A DNA stretch of 64,000 bases from Massalongia carnosa (Eukaryota). The DNA lies in assembly GCA_965645245.1 (NCBI GenBank), contig OZ287073.1:1240001-1304000 (forward strand). Reading direction: 5' to 3'. Below, in pieces: positions 36,601-47,292 of this stretch. The notes under the pieces are model-generated. The model was not told where the DNA came from, searched no databases, and was given only the letters and a program-made list of their open reading frames with translations. The first letter of the stretch is position 1. Each line of letters opens with the position of its first letter. The position numbers and the translations under genes were made by a program.

Positions 36601-37932
36601 GAAAAAGTCAGGTTCAGAAAAGGCTTAACGAGATCCAGCAGATCCCACTATTGCTGCTCAGAATATGACTCTGTAATGGGAGAAACAGTATGTTTTGACT
36701 TATACGCTGTCTCAGCTGCATCTTGTCATGTTGATCGCTGAGCTTGATTCTATTTGCTTTCACTCTATGCTAGGTACTGCGATTTTGTATGTAAGGATCA
36801 CTTGAAACTGCCCAAATTCTGTTTAAACATGTCTTTCAAGGGTTACCCTATCTGATATCATAAGACACATCCTTACGCTCTGAGTTTGAAAACACACGAA
36901 AGTGTGTGAAAGATCTTAAGCCGACTGTACTATGATATATGTCATAAATTGTTGGCCGATGATGATCTCAGAAAGATCACTAATACTCGTTTTTGGTGCT
37001 TTTGAACAGGCAGGCTAGGCTGATTATACAATACTTGCACGGGTAATTCTACAATGAGCGTGGTCTGGTTGAGGGCATGAGACATATATGTTGTCAGTTA
37101 TAACGGCCTCCATGACGCCCCTTATAATCATTGGAAGTTCGATATAGAAACCTTCCCTCTGGAGTTAAAACGCATGCAGCTTGCTGCAGGGCTTCTCTTC
37201 CTAGCGGGCTGATATGTACCTTGCACAACTTCTCCAACCTAGACAGCCACATTACCATTGACTTCGCCTCCAGGGACGATATCCTTGAGATCCTAATCTT
37301 CCGCCGCTCCACGCGCTCAATAGAAGGTGTACGTGTTGATCCTCTTAAGGCTCTACCCGTAACTCAACCTCGTACTAGACCAGTAGGTTAGGCCAAAGGA
37401 CCGTCTTCTGTAGACAGATTCAACACGAAAGCAGAGACGTGAATTTATCGCAATCCCTGTGGAACGCACTGTCCAAAGGAGGATTTAAACTAGATGGTTG
37501 TGCATCCCTGTTGATCCATGCGGTGAATCCGCCCTTAGCCTTCGCAGCGCGACAGACATCCGTCACCAACCTTCTCGCTCAGGCACTTTCAGAGTAGTTC
37601 TCATCGCGAAGACAATTTCTGGATTCGTTCCTAGAGCTTACTACGTTAGGGTGACAATGAGTATCATGAGGATAGCGAATCACTTCATAAAGAGTATGCG
37701 AAGGAAGACAAAGTACAAGACGCATTGATTGCTTAAGGATGGTATTTGGTTAGTCGGCAAACAGAAAGTTCAGTCTCTTCGAGTTAATGCATGTTTATAA
37801 ACAAGAAAAACAACTTGCATACGAATTTTGTTTTCATTAAACTGAAATGCGATTTCTATGCGAAATGCAAATCAGAACAAAAACAAAATGTTACGTAACA
37901 AGACGAAACATTGTGCTCACAAGTTGAGTATA

Positions 37933-38037
37933 CCTCAGACATGCCCGGCTAAGCCCCTTCGGTTTGACAGGCTGACTACGCATAGCACCAGCCACGTTAG
38001 TCAGCTAGGACGCTAATCCGAAGACACACGTCTGAGG
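37933..38037. mobile_element. MITE (105 bp)
   Basis: TA|CCTCAGACATG...CACGTCTGAGG|TA; internal blocks shared with the 18.9 and 47.1 kb copies. Confidence 0.8.
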
Positions 38038-38151
38038 TAACTCAACGTTAACTAGTAATTTACAGCGCTAACCCGAATGAGCTTAGCGAAACTAGGCTAA
38101 TAGCCAAACACGTCCTTAGGCAACGAACTTGCAAGCATCATTCTGCACATC

Positions 38152-39354
38152 ATGACGGCGGGCTCCATGGCCCACCTCTTACTCAAGCATGCCTTGATAT
38201 TGGCAGCGGTTTTGTTTGGCCTTTATGCTGGTCTCCTGGGACTGCTCACGACGTCTTTCTTTCAAGCCCATGTTGTCTATCTTCATAAGATCCAGATGAC
38301 CTGGTTCAAGGATCTCGATGTCCCTGAAACTTTTGGCTTCCTACGTAGCCAGACCACCCCATTCTCCATCAAATGCTCCACTGGCGGACTGCTGTATGCC
38401 TGGCATATTCTACCCATCGAGTTATATCGTCAGCATGAACCCGCTCTAGTTGCGGAACCTTCTGGCTTCGCCTTGGATGTTACATCCCGCTTCGCCTTCA
38501 AGCTACTGCGCGATGTCCCTGATGCTCGATTGGTTATCCACATGCATGGAGCCGGAGGTACCGTTGGGTCAGGCTACAGAGTTCCCAATTATCGCACACT
38601 GTCAGCAGGGCAGCCCAAAATGATTCACGTCTTGACATTCGACTATCGAGGTTTTGGACGCAGTCGTGGCACACCATCCGAGCGTGGAATTTGCCTTGAT
38701 GCCATCGCGGTGGTCGACTGGGCGACAAAAGTCGCCGGCATTCCACCGTCCCGGATCCTCATCTTTAGCCAATCTCTAGGCACTGCTGTGAGCCTGGCTG
38801 TTTCAGAGCACTTTGCCTTGCAGTCTCCGCCCATAGTGTTTGCAGGCATCATCCTAGTCGCACCGTTTGTCGACGTAGCGACGCTCGCGGCGACGTATCA
38901 TGTGGCAGGTTCCATCCCCATTTTATCACCGCTGGTCAGGTTTCCACTGCTATTCAACTACCTCAGCACCTTCATAAAGGACAAATGGCAGAGCCAGGAT
39001 CGTATCGCAGTATATATACGAGCAAATGAAGCTAGCGGGGAGAATTATCAACTGACTCTGATTCATGCCGAGGATGATTATGACATCCCATCGCATCACA
39101 CTGAATTGATATTCTGGCACGCCGTCAATGCTACGGTGCCCCAAGGGATCACCTATGACGAACTCGAGGAGGTGAAACATAAGTCAAAGAGGAATCTGGG
39201 CGCTGCAGGGTCGGTCATGGAGTGGCGAACGCCAAAAGGTGTTGTCAGGGAAGAGATACTAAAGACCGGCCTACACGATATTGTCATGGGCTACCCAGTA
39301 ATCGCTATGGCCGTCATGCGCATCTTTGAAGTTACAGATCCGTCATTCAAATGA
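38152..39354 (+). CDS. Alpha/beta hydrolase, ABHD12-like
   Basis: Intronless 400 aa; N-terminal TM segment, HMHGAGG, FDYRGFGRSRGTPSERG, SQSLGTAV nucleophile elbow, LIHAEDD, GLH. Confidence 0.85.
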   Translation: MTAGSMAHLLLKHALILAAVLFGLYAGLLGLLTTSFFQAHVVYLHKIQMTWFKDLDVPETFGFLRSQTTPFSIKCSTGGLLYAWHILPIELYRQHEPALVAEPSGFALDVTSRFAFKLLRDVPDARLVIHMHGAGGTVGSGYRVPNYRTLSAGQPKMIHVLTFDYRGFGRSRGTPSERGICLDAIAVVDWATKVAGIPPSRILIFSQSLGTAVSLAVSEHFALQSPPIVFAGIILVAPFVDVATLAATYHVAGSIPILSPLVRFPLLFNYLSTFIKDKWQSQDRIAVYIRANEASGENYQLTLIHAEDDYDIPSHHTELIFWHAVNATVPQGITYDELEEVKHKSKRNLGAAGSVMEWRTPKGVVREEILKTGLHDIVMGYPVIAMAVMRIFEVTDPSFK

Positions 39355-39384
39355 TGCGCAGATTAAAGGAGGCAAAATTTAAGA

Positions 39385-41400
39385 GTAGATGATCGTCGCG
39401 TCTTGGTACCTCCAGCTACATCGCCAACTTATGCTCAACATCTCTAGCACATGCTTCTTGTACCTGAAGCCTGCTAGTCCGATCTTGCCCGTTCTGATTT
39501 GGATTGCCACCGAGCTCTCGGCTTTCCTCAGTTTCGCATACAAGCCGAGTCTCCTCTGCCATAAGTTGCCCTCCTAGGCGAGGGGCCTTGCATGGCCTAG
39601 AAACCCCTCTTGTTATGCCTTCCATCTAGCCTCCCACTTCTTTTTAACCCAGTATTTAGTACCGGCGCGTAGCCGTGGGACATCCTTGCAGGTTCCTCTG
39701 TTGTTCGAAGTGGAGATAGGTATCCTGGCTTCCTCACACGATTCCAGCTGTAGGGCTTTTCTTTGCCCATATGTCTTTCCCCTGGTAGGTGTTAGCCTCG
39801 CCTTTTTCCTCCCTCCCCTCTTGACACTTGACGGTCTCCTGATCTTTGCATTGCCATACTGAATCGGTGAGTGAGTCCCACTGACCGCTGGCGTGCATAG
39901 TACGGGCTTGTCAAGACTTCTGTTAATCAGCTGGACGCAAGCTTCTACCTCTAGAACCTGAAACTCCCTTGTCTTGTACGTCCTTAGGCACCCATTTCAT
40001 ATCATTTTCAGTACCTTCACATTCGCCTACTTTGACTTGTGCCATATTGGTATGGACGGAGATCCGTTTGAGGGCTAGCCCCTCACTTAGTGTTTTGGTA
40101 CTCGGAATTATCTTCTGAGGGCTCTCCTGAAGGTTTCTTCTTCAGTTGTCAACCTATGAGCAAAGGGATTTATTCGGTCATGCACATCTATCCCGCTTAT
40201 GATATTGACGCGGCATAAATATTACCGGGCTGGTCACTACCCTATAGACCTGTCTCGCCTTACTATGATGGCCTCCAATGTGGATCCTACGGCGGTTGAT
40301 AGTGCAAGCTTCTATATGGCCATTTTAGCCTTCACCCTACCAATATAGGGGCCTTATCGAAGCTTGCCGTTGATGTGCAGACCAAGGATTCTAATAGACG
40401 TGTCTGAATTGACAGTCGGTGTGCCTATGTCCACTACAGCCTCGATATTGAACTTCTTCGGGCTGCTAGTTAGATGGACCAACTTATACTTGTGTAGCGC
40501 GAAAGTCCTATGAGTCCTTGGCGGTGTAAGCATTTCTCATGTATTTGCTTTAGTACCGCGCAGTTTGATTTGTGTTCTTTCCATATGCGATCATGTGGCT
40601 ATCGTCTACGAAACCCCTTGTCTGGAGCGGGAATTTTGTTTCCATGTTTTTTTGGTCTGTGAAGCAGTTAAAAAATAGGAAGAGGACTGGTAAGATAGGG
40701 GATCCTTGCGGCATCCTTGTCTCTGTAGCCTCTACCTTGCTTTTTTTTGGCCAAGAGGGGTCAAAGTTGCCCGTTCCGTTAGAAAGCTATGTCCACTTTA
40801 CAATCAGCTCAGGAACAGCCTTCACCCTCAGGTTATGGAGTAGCCTCTAATGTGAGACGTTATTAGAAGCTTTTGCCACATCTAGAGAGAACATGCTCGC
40901 CACATTGCTTTTGCCACAATCCCATACTATGTGTACCGCTTCTACTATAGTTTCTAGCAAGGTCTTTGTGGATATCTTCCTCCTGGCATCCATCTATTCT
41001 GCGGGAAGCAGCTCATGACTTTCTGTACAGCCACTAAGTCTCTTAGCGACTAATTACCGTCTCCGGTACTTTCTCAAGTGTGCCGAGAAGGACGATTGAC
41101 CTGGACGACCTTGGCTTTGAGTAGTCTCTCTTCTTTGGCTTCTTCAGTATGATCATGTTTGCCTTGTTGAGTTCCCTCAGAGTGGTATCCAAGCTTCAAG
41201 CATGCCTGAAAGAAGTGTGAGGTTAGGGAGCATTAAGAGCCACTTATTCTAGGAGGCCACAGCCCCCTCCTTATGTCTTTTGTAGCTCATTTACTAGCAA
41301 TGGAAATCATTGCCCGCTCCTGCGTATCGATAGCGATACGATTTTTGGCACCTCACACTACTACACAACTCTCTACTTCCAGCCCTCTTGGCCTACAGGG
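39385..41400 (-). mobile_element. Decayed, 5'-truncated Tad1-like LINE (RT region and C-terminus)
   Basis: Broken frames give FQACLKLGYH, IILKKPKKRDYSKPRSSRSIVLLGTLEK, LDVAKASNNVSH*RLLHNLR, MPQGSPILPVLFLFF, GFVDD, IQIRTGKIGL; many stops and frameshifts; ends approximate. Confidence 0.85.
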
Positions 41401-41489
41401 ATTCGCAAATTTATATTTAGAGTACTTGATAGGTAGCAGTGTGTTGTGTTTGACTGATTGATCAATTCAAACTTTGCAACCCGAGTACG

Positions 41490-41910
41490 CGTGCCCAAGG
41501 GACACAAACTTTAGCCAGCAGTTTGGATTTCCAAAATTGGCTAGCTCAGGGCATATTAACTAGGCTTTCGAATCATCTTCTTAGGCTCCATAGGAGTACG
41601 TGTAGGTATGCAAGTAATCACCTATGTTGCGCGACAAAGACAGCGGTGCTCACCCGACGCTCGATTGGGGTAAGGCGGAGCGCAGGTTTCTGTCTTCCGT
41701 GCTTCCTAAGGGATCGGGACAGGTTAATCCATTACCGAAACCTCCGCCTAAAACGGCGAGACCATCTTGCATTGGGCGCCTTCTTACCTACACGCGAAGT
41801 ATCCGCGTCTTCCGATCGATTCCAAAGTCGGTTTTTTTCTTCGGGTTAGTGTATAAGAAAAACCGAGCACTTTTGGGCGACACAAGTCGATGTTAGAATT
41901 GACATCGTGA
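41490..41910 (+). ncRNA. Candidate structured RNA element, identity unknown
   Basis: Dense set of nested helices with G-U pairs on the + strand and a possible H-type pseudoknot (see findings); no credible ORF. Confidence 0.4.
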
Positions 41911-42007
41911 GATATAACATTCTATTGGTAGTTATTCCTACGTAAAGAAACCAGAGTTCAAGATAACCACAAGTTTTCAAGTCTTCGAGAGTTTACTTTT
42001 AATTGAT

Positions 42008-43913
42008 ATGCCTGAGATAGGCGAAGGTGAGCATGCAATGTTCTGCGGTTCCTTTCGTTCGATGCTCACCTTTCAAAGTCGCACGAATAGTCCACTTCAT
42101 TCGAAAGCACCTTGTTGGGAAAACCCTTGCGATAGTAAAGGCACAGCACGATGAGAATGTGTATGGGAAAGTGGGCACGTCTGCGGCCGAGTTCGAGAAG
42201 AACATGACGGGAAAGATGATTTTGGATGCGAAGCAACAAGGGAAATACTTTTGGTGAATTGATATCTATTTTCTGTTACTTGATTGCGTTTTGATCCTCT
42301 TTCCTCATATCTGTAAATCTTGCTGGTATCTCGATTGTTACGTCTTAGTCTTCTTCAAAATGCGTGGTCTAAGGGGGCGTGATATCAAAATACGAAAGAA
42401 CGTCGGCGGAAACTTTAGTTTCCAAATCTGCTCTAAACAATCTACCTTCAAAATGCTGATTTATCATCTCCTTTCTTGCTCTTCCCACATTCTATACAAA
42501 TCGCACCAACATACTCGGCCACTTCTCACTCTTCCGACAAATCGGCCACTAACAAACTCCCAACAGGCTCATAATGTCCACCCCGCCACACCCTCTGCTT
42601 CACTTTGGCATGTCGGGCTGGTTTGAAATCCGCAGCGCCTCCACCTCCTACCGCAAATCCCCAAAACCCCAAGATTCAACCTGGCCGCCTAAATACTGGA
42701 AATTTACCCTTGAGACCGCCGATGAACCCAAATGTGAAGCGGCCTTCGTCGATGCCCGTCGCTTCGGACGCATCCGGCTGCTCGACTGCGAAGCCGACAA
42801 GGTTCGCCACGTGTCGCCCTTGAAGGAGAATGGCCCCGATCCGGTCATCGATCGCGATGTGGTTACGATGGAATGGTTGGCTGGGAAGTTAAGGAGCAGG
42901 AAGGTTCCTGTTAAGGCATTCTTGTTAGATCAAGCAAACATTAGTGGGATTGGAAATTGGGTTGGGTAAGTTCTTAAACCTTTTGCTCGGTAAAATAGAC
43001 TTCAAACACTCAAACCCAAAAGACCCTTCCTATTGATCGCTCCCTCCTGGAGGGTTCATCTTTCTAACGAGGACAAAACAGGGACGAAATCCTCTACCAC
43101 TCCGCCATCCACCCCGAACAATTCACTCACCACCTCCTCCCAAACCAAATCTCCCGCCTGCACGCCTCCCTACTCGAAATCACCATCCTCGCCGTTGCTA
43201 CCCTGGCCGACTCGACCCAATTCCCGGAATCATGGTTATTTGATTATCGCTGGACGAAAGGGAAGAAGGGAGCGCTGCACGAGATGCCCAACGGGGCGAA
43301 GATATCCTTCGTTACTGTGGGGGGACGGACTAGCGCGGTGGTAGAGAGCGTGCAGATCAAGACGAAGGGGGTCAAGGAGGAAGAGGCTAGTAGTGACGTA
43401 GACAGTGGCGGTAAAGATGAGGTAGCAGAACCGGGAACGGCGAAGACGAAACGTAGCGGGAAGAAAGCTGTCCAGAGCAAGAAACCGAGAAAATCCGAGG
43501 GGCCGGTAGGAAGTGATCTCGACGACGGAACCGAAGACTTGGCCACCGAAACCGCCCCGCGCCAAAAAGCGAAAAACAGCAGCACCGCCAAACCCATTCC
43601 AAGCGGCTCGAAATCCAGAAAAAAAGCCAACCATCCCCCACCTTCGCCCCTCGCCCCCTCTCCTCCGGCCTCCACCAACCGCCCGGCTAAACGCCACTCT
43701 AACACCTCCCCCCAAGCCCCTTCCCGAAAACGGCAACGCAAGACTCCCATCAGCGCCTCCCCTCCTCCCCGCCTCACAGCCGAGAACCCCTCTCCCTCCA
43801 AGCCAGCCCCGAAGCGCAAGCCCCTCGCCGCGAACGCGCAGGCGGAGGAAACACAGCATCAGGGCCGGAGGAGATTAGCAAGAGTGTCGGCGCAAGGGGG
43901 AAGTACGGTGTAG
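42008..43913 (+). CDS. FPG1: Formamidopyrimidine-DNA glycosylase (Fpg/MutM), 3 introns
   Basis: N-terminal MPEIGE, QQGKYFW, LHFGMSGW, FVDARRFGRIRL, LLDQANISGIGNWVG/DEILY, VGGRTS; disordered K/P-rich tail. Confidence 0.92.
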
Positions 43914-44964
43914 CAGCGAGCTGAAGTAGCGTGAGCTGAGTAGAGCAGAGCAGATGTCTGTTGCGTGGTAGTAGTTTTTTGGAGGGGCGGGGGGGTTAAG
44001 TATTTCGGGATCAGAAACAGGCTATTTCGTGGGAATGTGTTTATGTATGTATTTTCCTTAGGTGCATACCAGTCCAGTCAACATATGCTCATGCTCTTCG
44101 TTTGGGGAGGCGGGGGTAAAGGGCAAAGGGCAAACACCAACACTGCGGAAGGAGGGTTTTAATCCCCCCTCCATTCCGCGAGCGGGCTATATATCTCTTT
44201 ACAGGAAGACAACGACTGGGCTAAATAGCTACGGAGGTTCATAAGAAAAAGGGAGGTGGAGGAAGGGGGAACCAATGCTTTCTTTTTTTTCTTTCTTCTC
44301 TAGCAACGGAAACGAAACCGAGAGGGGGGAGGGGGGTTCGAGGGAATCGCAAATGCGAGAGTCTACCTACCGACTTGAGCTTGTATGTATGTACGTGTTT
44401 GCGTGACAGATAGGTAGATAACCTTCGCACCTACATACTCCAACCCACATAAGCTCTACCCAAGATCCCCAAACAACGACGGAGAACGAACGCATAGCTG
44501 GACAGCCTCCCTATCTCCCTCCCTTCCTCCGTACCTAGGTATCCTAGCACCTAACTACCTAATGTACGTTATGTATCTATCGGACCAGGGGATGTAAACT
44601 AGCGGCGGCAACGCAGAGCAGGCTGGATTTTTTTTTTCCAGTCATGGTGCAGGGGATCAAGTCCACGTGATGGGGATCTGGGAAGCTGATGGTAAGGGGA
44701 GGAGGGGGTTTGTTTGGTAGAGATGGATGAATGATAGATAGGTTGGTTGGTAGGTAGGCAGGCAAGCAGGTGGATAGGGGGATCGTGTTGGTTGGGCTTT
44801 AGGTACACGTCGTTCTTCATCTTGGGGAAATTGATTCTTTCATCAACGCGAATGGCTGATTGCTTGTTTGCGTGGTTTTCCTTTCACAATTTTCGTAATT
44901 CGTTCATCTCTCTATTTACCTCAAACCCCTCAAACCCAGCTGAACGGCATCCGAAACCGCCATC

Positions 44965-46878
44965 TTAACCTGCCATATCCGCCTGTTCCGGAACCGGGCT
45001 CTTCAATCGGCCTGTTTCCAGCGCAGAGCGCAGATTGGAGATGGTCCAGAGCTCCATTTTTGTTTGAGTCTGTGGAGGGTTTAGGGGAGGCGTTAGTTTT
45101 TGTTTAAAGGATGTTGAAAGAAATGGTATTCTGCATAGAGAGTAGGAGGTTGGAAAGTGAGGGTTCGGGGGGAAGGAATGCCATGGATGGATGGACCAAG
45201 GAGAGTATTTCCGGGGGTTTCTTTTGTCATCAAAGGACTGACTGCTTCAACAGCTCTTAAACAACCAAGGCCATTGCATTTCCATTTTCCCGGCCTACTT
45301 CAACACAAGGCTCATGCCATACCTCAAGCTACAGAATTAGAGAAAAGGAAACTCACCTCCACGGTCCAGGTCCCCATATGGGGCAATAGCATAACTCTAT
45401 GGTTCCCGATAAGACCTGGATGCACCTTGGGCTCCTCTTCATAAACGTCAAGTCCACAGGAAGCGACCTTTCCGGTATCAAGTGCGGCGACAAGAGCGGC
45501 TTCGTCGATGACACCACCGCGGGCAGTGTTGATTATGATGACACTAGATTTCATTTTTGCGAATTCGGCAGCGGAGAGTAGGTGGTGAGTTGATGGCTGG
45601 TTGAGAGGGGATGAATGGTGTTAGTCTAGGATACTAAGAGGAGGTATCATTTGTAAGAGGGTTGGGGTGGGAGAAAACAAGGTGCAAGATATCCAAAGGC
45701 CAGCAATGTGCAAGTAATCCAAAACTTGAGATAACTCAACTAGATCGAAATTGACGGTTATGAAGACTTGAGGACATGATAAGTTGGTGGCAGCATAATC
45801 TTACTTTTTCATGGTTTGACAGTATCATGAGCTGATTGGTCAAAACTCGACTGAACGATGATCTGGATATAAAAACACTTAAATGCAGTGGTTGAACCCA
45901 AACTTACGTTGAACGGCAAATTCAGGCTTATCACGTCACTCGTTCCCAACAGTTCTTCAAATCCGACATAATTCGCCCCGCCAGCTAATTCTGGGACCAG
46001 CTCCTTCCGGTTATAATACTGCACCCTCATCCCCAGTGCCTCGGCTTTTATCTTCAGATTCCGCCCAATTCCTCCCATACCGACGATGCCCAGCAGTTTG
46101 CCCTCAGGATCATGTCCCAAAGGGACCGGCGGATAGCCGCGCCAGGAGCCGTGGCGCAGGGCATGTAGGGGAGCATTAAAGGCCCGAAGAGCTCCAAGGA
46201 GTAGGAATACCGCGGTGTCGGCTGTAGCAGCATCGACAGCTTCGGGAGTATTAGATACGAGGATCCCTACTGAAGTGCAAGCTGGGACATCGATTTGGTC
46301 GTAGCCAGCGCCTGCGTCATGAAGTGGACGTTAGAACTTGTAGCATGACAAGACAGCCTAAATTGACATGGTAAAAGTCAATTCCCAAAGGAAAAGCAAA
46401 ACTTAGGCAGTCGGTTCAAAGAGAGCGGGTTCGTTAACTCCTTGCAAGGCTGTTTCCAAACCTTCCCGACCCCCCTCGCATAAAACCTTGCACCCACAAA
46501 ATATGCAGCTGCCTCTCTGCTGCATGCTCCAGATTCAACGCACCATTGTGACACAGGAACCCCACTCCTACACCCTCCTTCCCCAGTGCCTCTGCAAGCT
46601 CTCCGTCAATCGTTCCTGTGACCCCCACGCTTTCGAACGTACGGTATATTGCTTTGACACCGTCAAAGGCACCACGACGGCATTCTTGCAAGAACTCGGT
46701 GCGGTTGGTCGCGGATGGTTTGATCAGGGTAGCGAGGCATGAGAGATCCTCGTAGGCTTCCCGGGCGGCAGAACTGCGGTGCAAGTCATTTCTGGTGGGA
46801 CAGCATTGAGGAGCCGGGAATGAGGGGTTACTGTTCGATTTTTCCGAGTAAAAGAACCTTGGGCTTTTGGGTAGACAT
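44965..46878 (-). CDS. D-isomer-specific 2-hydroxyacid dehydrogenase (glyoxylate reductase-like)
   Basis: MSTKSPRFLLLG start, CHNG/AGYDQID, SNTP, GIVGMGGIG, INTARGGVIDE, GLDVYEEEP, LLPHMGT; 4 introns. Confidence 0.9.
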
Positions 46879-47060
46879 TTTGTTCCAAGAGAGTTGAGAA
46901 TGAACAGATTCAGTTTGTTAAGCACAGAATACAACGTCTTTTGGGAGAAAATAACAAGAAAACGGATAAATCTCTGGTAATCTAACATCCTGATATCACG
47001 TGCTTCATGTTTTCTAATGTTTTAAATCCTTGTTAAATACGGAATTAAGAAACACTCTTG

Positions 47061-47121
47061 TTACTAGTAAGCAGATAGATTAGTAAGCAGATATATTAGT
47101 AAGCAGATAGATTAGTAAGCA
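47061..47121. repeat. 16-bp tandem repeat containing TTAGTAA (Yap1/AP-1 consensus)
   Basis: Unit TTAGTAAGCAGATAGA, about 3.7 copies; TTAGTAA at 47080, 47096 and 47112. Confidence 0.85.
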
Positions 47122-47135
47122 GGTGCTGCTTAGTA

Positions 47136-47292
47136 CCTCAGACGTGCGTGGGCTCTAGGAGCCGTCTAAGCCCCTCCGGGTTAGCCTATTTCGCTAAGCT
47201 CCTTCGGATTAGCGTCCCAGCTGACTAACGTTTGCCACAGATGTATGTTCTGTAAGGCTAACCCGAAGGGGCTTAGCCGGGCACGTCTGAGG
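47136..47292. mobile_element. MITE (157 bp)
   Basis: Perfect 12-bp TIR CCTCAGACGTGC with TA on both sides. Confidence 0.85.

Noticed and set aside
36519..36602. C-box-like ATGATGA followed by CTGA (C/D snoRNA-like)
   Set aside because: No recognisable rRNA guide; the interval is occupied by a 12-bp tandem repeat.
45805..45831. Possible 27-nt in-frame cassette exon in a dehydrogenase intron
   Set aside because: Weak branch site, and it would insert 9 residues into the conserved SLNLP..TxH region.
47061..47121. Regularly spaced repeats as a CRISPR-like array
   Set aside because: Simple 16-bp tandem repeat with no unique spacers, in a eukaryotic genome.
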